Shown here: in pieces, positions 60,319 through 64,000 of the stretch | Numbering within the stretch: the first letter of the stretch is position 1 | Layout: every line of letters begins with the position of its first letter | NCBI RefSeq assembly: GCF_009834535.1 | Contig: NC_045707.1 | Coordinates: forward strand, 49,974,001 to 50,038,000 | Direction: 5' to 3' | Length of the DNA stretch: 64,000 nucleotides | Origin: Camelus ferus | Taxonomy: Eukaryota | Notes under the pieces: model-generated | The model's database searches: none | What the model was told of the DNA's origin: nothing | The model's input: only the letters and a program-made list of their open reading frames with translations | Made by a program: the position numbers and the translations under genes

Positions 60319-61296
60319 TAGTTGACCCTTGAACAATGCAAGGGTTAGGGGTTCCGACCCTCAGGGCAGTTGAAAATCTATGTGTAACTTTTGACTCTGC
60401 AAACACTTTTGCTAATAGCCTACTGTTAATTGGATGCCTTATCTACAATATACACAGTCTGTTAACACCTCTTTTGTATATATGTTATATACTGAATTCT
60501 TACAATAAAGTAGAGAAAAGAAAATGTTATTAATAAAATCATAAGGGAGAGAAAATACATTTACAGTACTCTACCGACGCCAGAGGTTGATGCTGTTTAC
60601 AAGACGAATCATCAGTCTGTAGCTACATCAATATTGTCTTATGTAATACAAAGCACCTGTAGATGTTGTACATATCACTAACACTAGACATTAAAAATGA
60701 GAAGATAATGTGAAAAAGAAATCCATATTTATTTACAGGTGTGATGATTCATGCATTGATAATGAAGCAGCAGCAAAATGATTGCTTTGTGGTAGCTTAG
60801 CGTAATCAATACAAATGCTTTACAGTGGCCTAGCCTATATGCTAATGAAGCAACATAAAATTTTTATGGCATATGGTGTTACAGTCATATTCATAGTACA
60901 GTATTGGAAACACTTACATTAAAGAAAAACACCTGTGATAATAGGCTGATATCCAGTTTCTCCAATTACAAGAGATAGAGGCATACTGTATGGTAATGAA
61001 ATTCTTTGAAAGCAAAGTTATAAAACAGTAAGAAGACTAACACATTATTAATTTAATATTAAATATCACTCACCTTATGCCTATGTAAGGATAGACGACA
61101 ATCTACATAATTTTATGCATTCGTGACATACCTAAATTTCTCTTAATTTTTTTCAATATTCCTAGGCTACAGTTTGAAAGTTTTTTTTTTAATTGTTGCA
61201 AGTTTCCAAAAATGTTTCCAATATATTTACTGGAAAAAAAATCTACATATAAATGGGCCTGTGCAGTTCAAACCCATGTTGTTGAAGTGTCAACTG
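60319..61296. mobile_element. Tigger2-family (Tigger2b/MER8-type) non-autonomous element, about 1 kb, both TIRs present
   Basis: Left end TAGTTGACCCTTGAACAA; right end TTGTTGAAGTGTCAACTG followed by TA. These are imperfect inverted copies of CAGTTGACCCTTGAACAA. Confidence 0.85.
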
Positions 61297-61874
61297 TATT
61301 TTCAGTCCAAGGGCCACATAAGGAAATGAACAGTAGATGGCACTTTTGTGCTGTGCCTGAATCTTCAACCTTTGAAGGGAACTCAGAATGACTCCTGCTA
61401 AAATAAACAACCCTTCATAGTGCTCAAGTGGATAAATTCAATTTCTAGTTTGAGGGGGACCTGGAAAAGGAGGGCTAATTAAAGAATCAGTTTTTAAATA
61501 TTGTGGCTCTCACCTAGGTGAATAAATCTGCAACTTGAAGAGGTCCCCAGTAATTACTGTAGCAAGTAGAATTACATGAATTCAAGCAGGCTTGGGGTTA
61601 GAAAAAAAACAATCCCACTTGGGCCACGTTTCCAAATGTCAACCTTTGAGCTTTAGCTGTTTGCAAAGGTTAGGAATAGCAAAAAGGGATAAAATAAAAT
61701 ATGGAAAAGAATCATAGAAGGTGCAGTCTGGAGTAATAAATGAGGACAGTGAAATGGAAATAAAGAAGATACCATATTTTATTTTTCTATTTGTAATACT
61801 TACTGGTAAAATATTGGGTAGGATACAGAATTTTACATATTTACAATACAGTTGCAACCTCTGAAAAAGCATCA

Positions 61875-62430
61875 TGACTTAGTGGTTAAGAAAGTGGAGT
61901 CTGAAAGGACCCACTATAATCTAAAGCTCTAAAACAACAACAACAACAAAATAAAACAAAATAAAATCTAAAGCTCTGCCACTTCCTACCTGTGACTAAG
62001 CAATGTAATGTCTCTGTGTGTCAGTTTCCTCATCTGTAAAATGGAAGTGGTAATATTTTCTCTCTATAATGTGCAATAGGATTAATATAATTAACACTGC
62101 TGTGTGTTATATATTAAAGTTATGAATGTAAACCCTGAGAGCTCTCATCATGAGGAAAAAATTTATTTTATTTTATTTTGTATCTGTATGAGATGATGGA
62201 TGTTCACTAAACTTACTGTGGTAATCATTTCATGATACATGAAAGTCAAATCATTATGCTGCACACCTTAGACTTATACAGTGCTATATAAGTCAATAAT
62301 ATCTCAACAAAACTGGAAAAATAAAAAAATAATATTATCTGTCTTATAAAATTCTTATAAGAATTGTGTCAAAATTTGTAAGATGCTTAGAAAAGTACCT
62401 GGCATGTGGTGAGCCTATCACAGGTAGGCA
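61875..62430 (+). mobile_element. MIR interrupted by an L1 3' fragment (about 62065-62330)
   Basis: MIR halves tagtggttaag...tcagtttcctcatctgtaaaatgg and gtaagatgcttagaaaagtacctggcat flank gatggatgttcactaaacttactgtggtaatcatttc...tctcaacaaaactggaaaaa. A degenerate taatatt.tct.tc duplication sits at the junctions. Confidence 0.75.
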
Positions 62431-62699
62431 ATACATTTTTTAAAAGTCGGCTTTTAGGTGATGGGACAATAGGTGATTTTTTTCTTGTATTCAATTAAAA
62501 ACATCTATTTTTTGATAATCGGAAAAAAGTTTAAAAATTTTTTTTACTAAAAGACTTAGAGAAAAATCCATACTTAAAATTTCTCTTTTCTTTTGAGCTA
62601 GCTTCTACATCTCCAACTTTTTCTTTTTCTTTTAATCTGCTGTACCCAATGTTAGACATATTTTGGCTTTGAAAATCTTGAAGTCCTCAGAGTTTCCAG

Positions 62700-63312
62700 A
62701 ATTATTATTTATTTTATTATTATTTTATTATAGTCAGACATATATAAATTTTACCATTCTAACTATTTTAAGTGTACAATTCACTGGCATTAAATATATT
62801 CACAATGTTTTGCAACAATCACTGCTACCTGTTTCCAGAACTTCATCATCTCAGACAGAAACGGCATCCATTAAACAATAACTCTCCCTTCTTCCTTATC
62901 TCCATCCCCTGGTAACCTCTGTTCCACTCTCTGTGTTTATGAATCCACCTAATTGAGGTACCCTATATAAGTGGAATCATACGATGTATATTCCTCTATG
63001 TCTGGCTTATTCACCTAGCATTATGTTTTAAGGTTCATCCATGTTGTAGCATGTATCAGAGTTTCATTCCTTTTTATGACTGAATAACAGTCCATTGTAT
63101 GTATCACATTTTTAAATGGATTCATCTGTTAGATATGTGAATTGTGTCCTCTTACTGGTTTTTGTGAATAATGCTGCTATGAATATTGATCTACAAGTGT
63201 TTGTTCCACTCCCTACTTTTATACTTCGGGATATATACCTAGGAGTTCACTTTTTGAGGAACTGCTGAACTGTTTCCCCAGTGCTACATCATTTTGCATT
63301 CCCACCAGCATC
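62700..63312 (-). mobile_element. L1MA/MB 3' fragment
   Basis: ttttaccattctaactattttaagtgtacaattcactggcattaaat...aggttcatccatgttgtagcatgtatcaga...ttgcattcccaccagca. Confidence 0.85.
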
Positions 63313-64000
63313 CAGCATTATTTCTAAATATATCAGACTTCTTTTTTTTTAAGTCAAACCTAGACTGGGAATAAGTAGCAAAGAAAACTGCCACAGTTGG
63401 CTAAGTTGTTGGTATCAACACTTTTGACACATCACCTCCTAGATTAGAGCAATGTTTCTCAAAGTACACAGCTGAGACTCCCATGGCAAATATCTAAGGG
63501 GCTTATTATGTCTGTGGACCCTCGATCCCACCCCAGATGTGTTGAATCAGCATCTTTGGGAATGAGGTCACCTAAATCATCATTATGCTTGATAAAATGT
63601 GAGACTCAGAAATCTAGATTGTTAAGTTCTCGAAGACAGGGGAAAATATCTCAGTCACCTTTGTATCCCTTGGAGCTAAATATACAGGAGATATTCAACA
63701 AACATACACTTGAACTAATACTGCAGGCTAAAGCTATTTCCTTTTTGCTTAATTGCTATGTACAGGATTCATTAAAACTAAATTCTATCGCTAGACAGCT
63801 AGTAAGAGAACCTGTAATTTCAGTGTGTAGTACACCTTTCATTTGCATAGAACGGGTATCTTACCAGCTGTGGTCTATTATTGCTATCTTGTGCTGCCAG
63901 GAATCTTAATTCTAGAGATTATTTTCAGCTGAGTCCCTTCATGCTTTGAGGCAGGGTAAAAAGAGGATATGGACTTGGAACTGGAAGAGCTGTCTATGTG

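Noticed and set aside
61300..64000. Start of the next syntenic gene (POC1B/GALNT4 expected from recalled human synteny)
   Set aside because: No CpG island or recognisable exon is visible, so it presumably lies beyond the window.

Overview
This is mammalian genomic DNA, most likely camelid, judging by a Vic-1-type tRNA-derived SINE at about 47.35 kb, artiodactyl-type L1 3' ends, and no recognisable Alu, B1, Bov-tA or PRE-1. The only protein-coding sequence I can support is the terminal exon of ATP2B1 (PMCA1; + strand, 1769-2080). It is followed by a ~3 kb AU-rich 3'UTR with proximal (~3.25 kb) and distal (~5.02 kb) poly(A) signals. The remaining ~59 kb is intergenic and dominated by old transposable elements (L1, L2, MIR, MaLR/ERVL/ERV1 LTRs, MER/Tigger/Charlie DNA transposons) and microsatellites. 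Nearly all other ORFs in the track are chance ORFs or TE relics. The main unexplained or unusual observations are: (1) a 5'-truncated processed pseudogene, probably of GPBP1L1, with a perfect 16-bp TSD and a TT/AAAA L1-endonuclease site, inserted into an L2; (2) an ancient MLT1-type LTR that has become a small CpG island with a near-perfect NRF1 site, an E-box and a nearby splice donor; (3) a decayed ERV-L internal region (RNase H, integrase, dUTPase) still joined through a polypurine tract to a GC-rich LTR33-like LTR; (4) dual-frame coding and a possible upstream cryptic acceptor at the ATP2B1 last exon. I see no CRISPR array, true RNA gene or demonstrably new multi-gene system. Repeat family names come from recalled consensus sequences, not from a search, and repeat boundaries are approximate.
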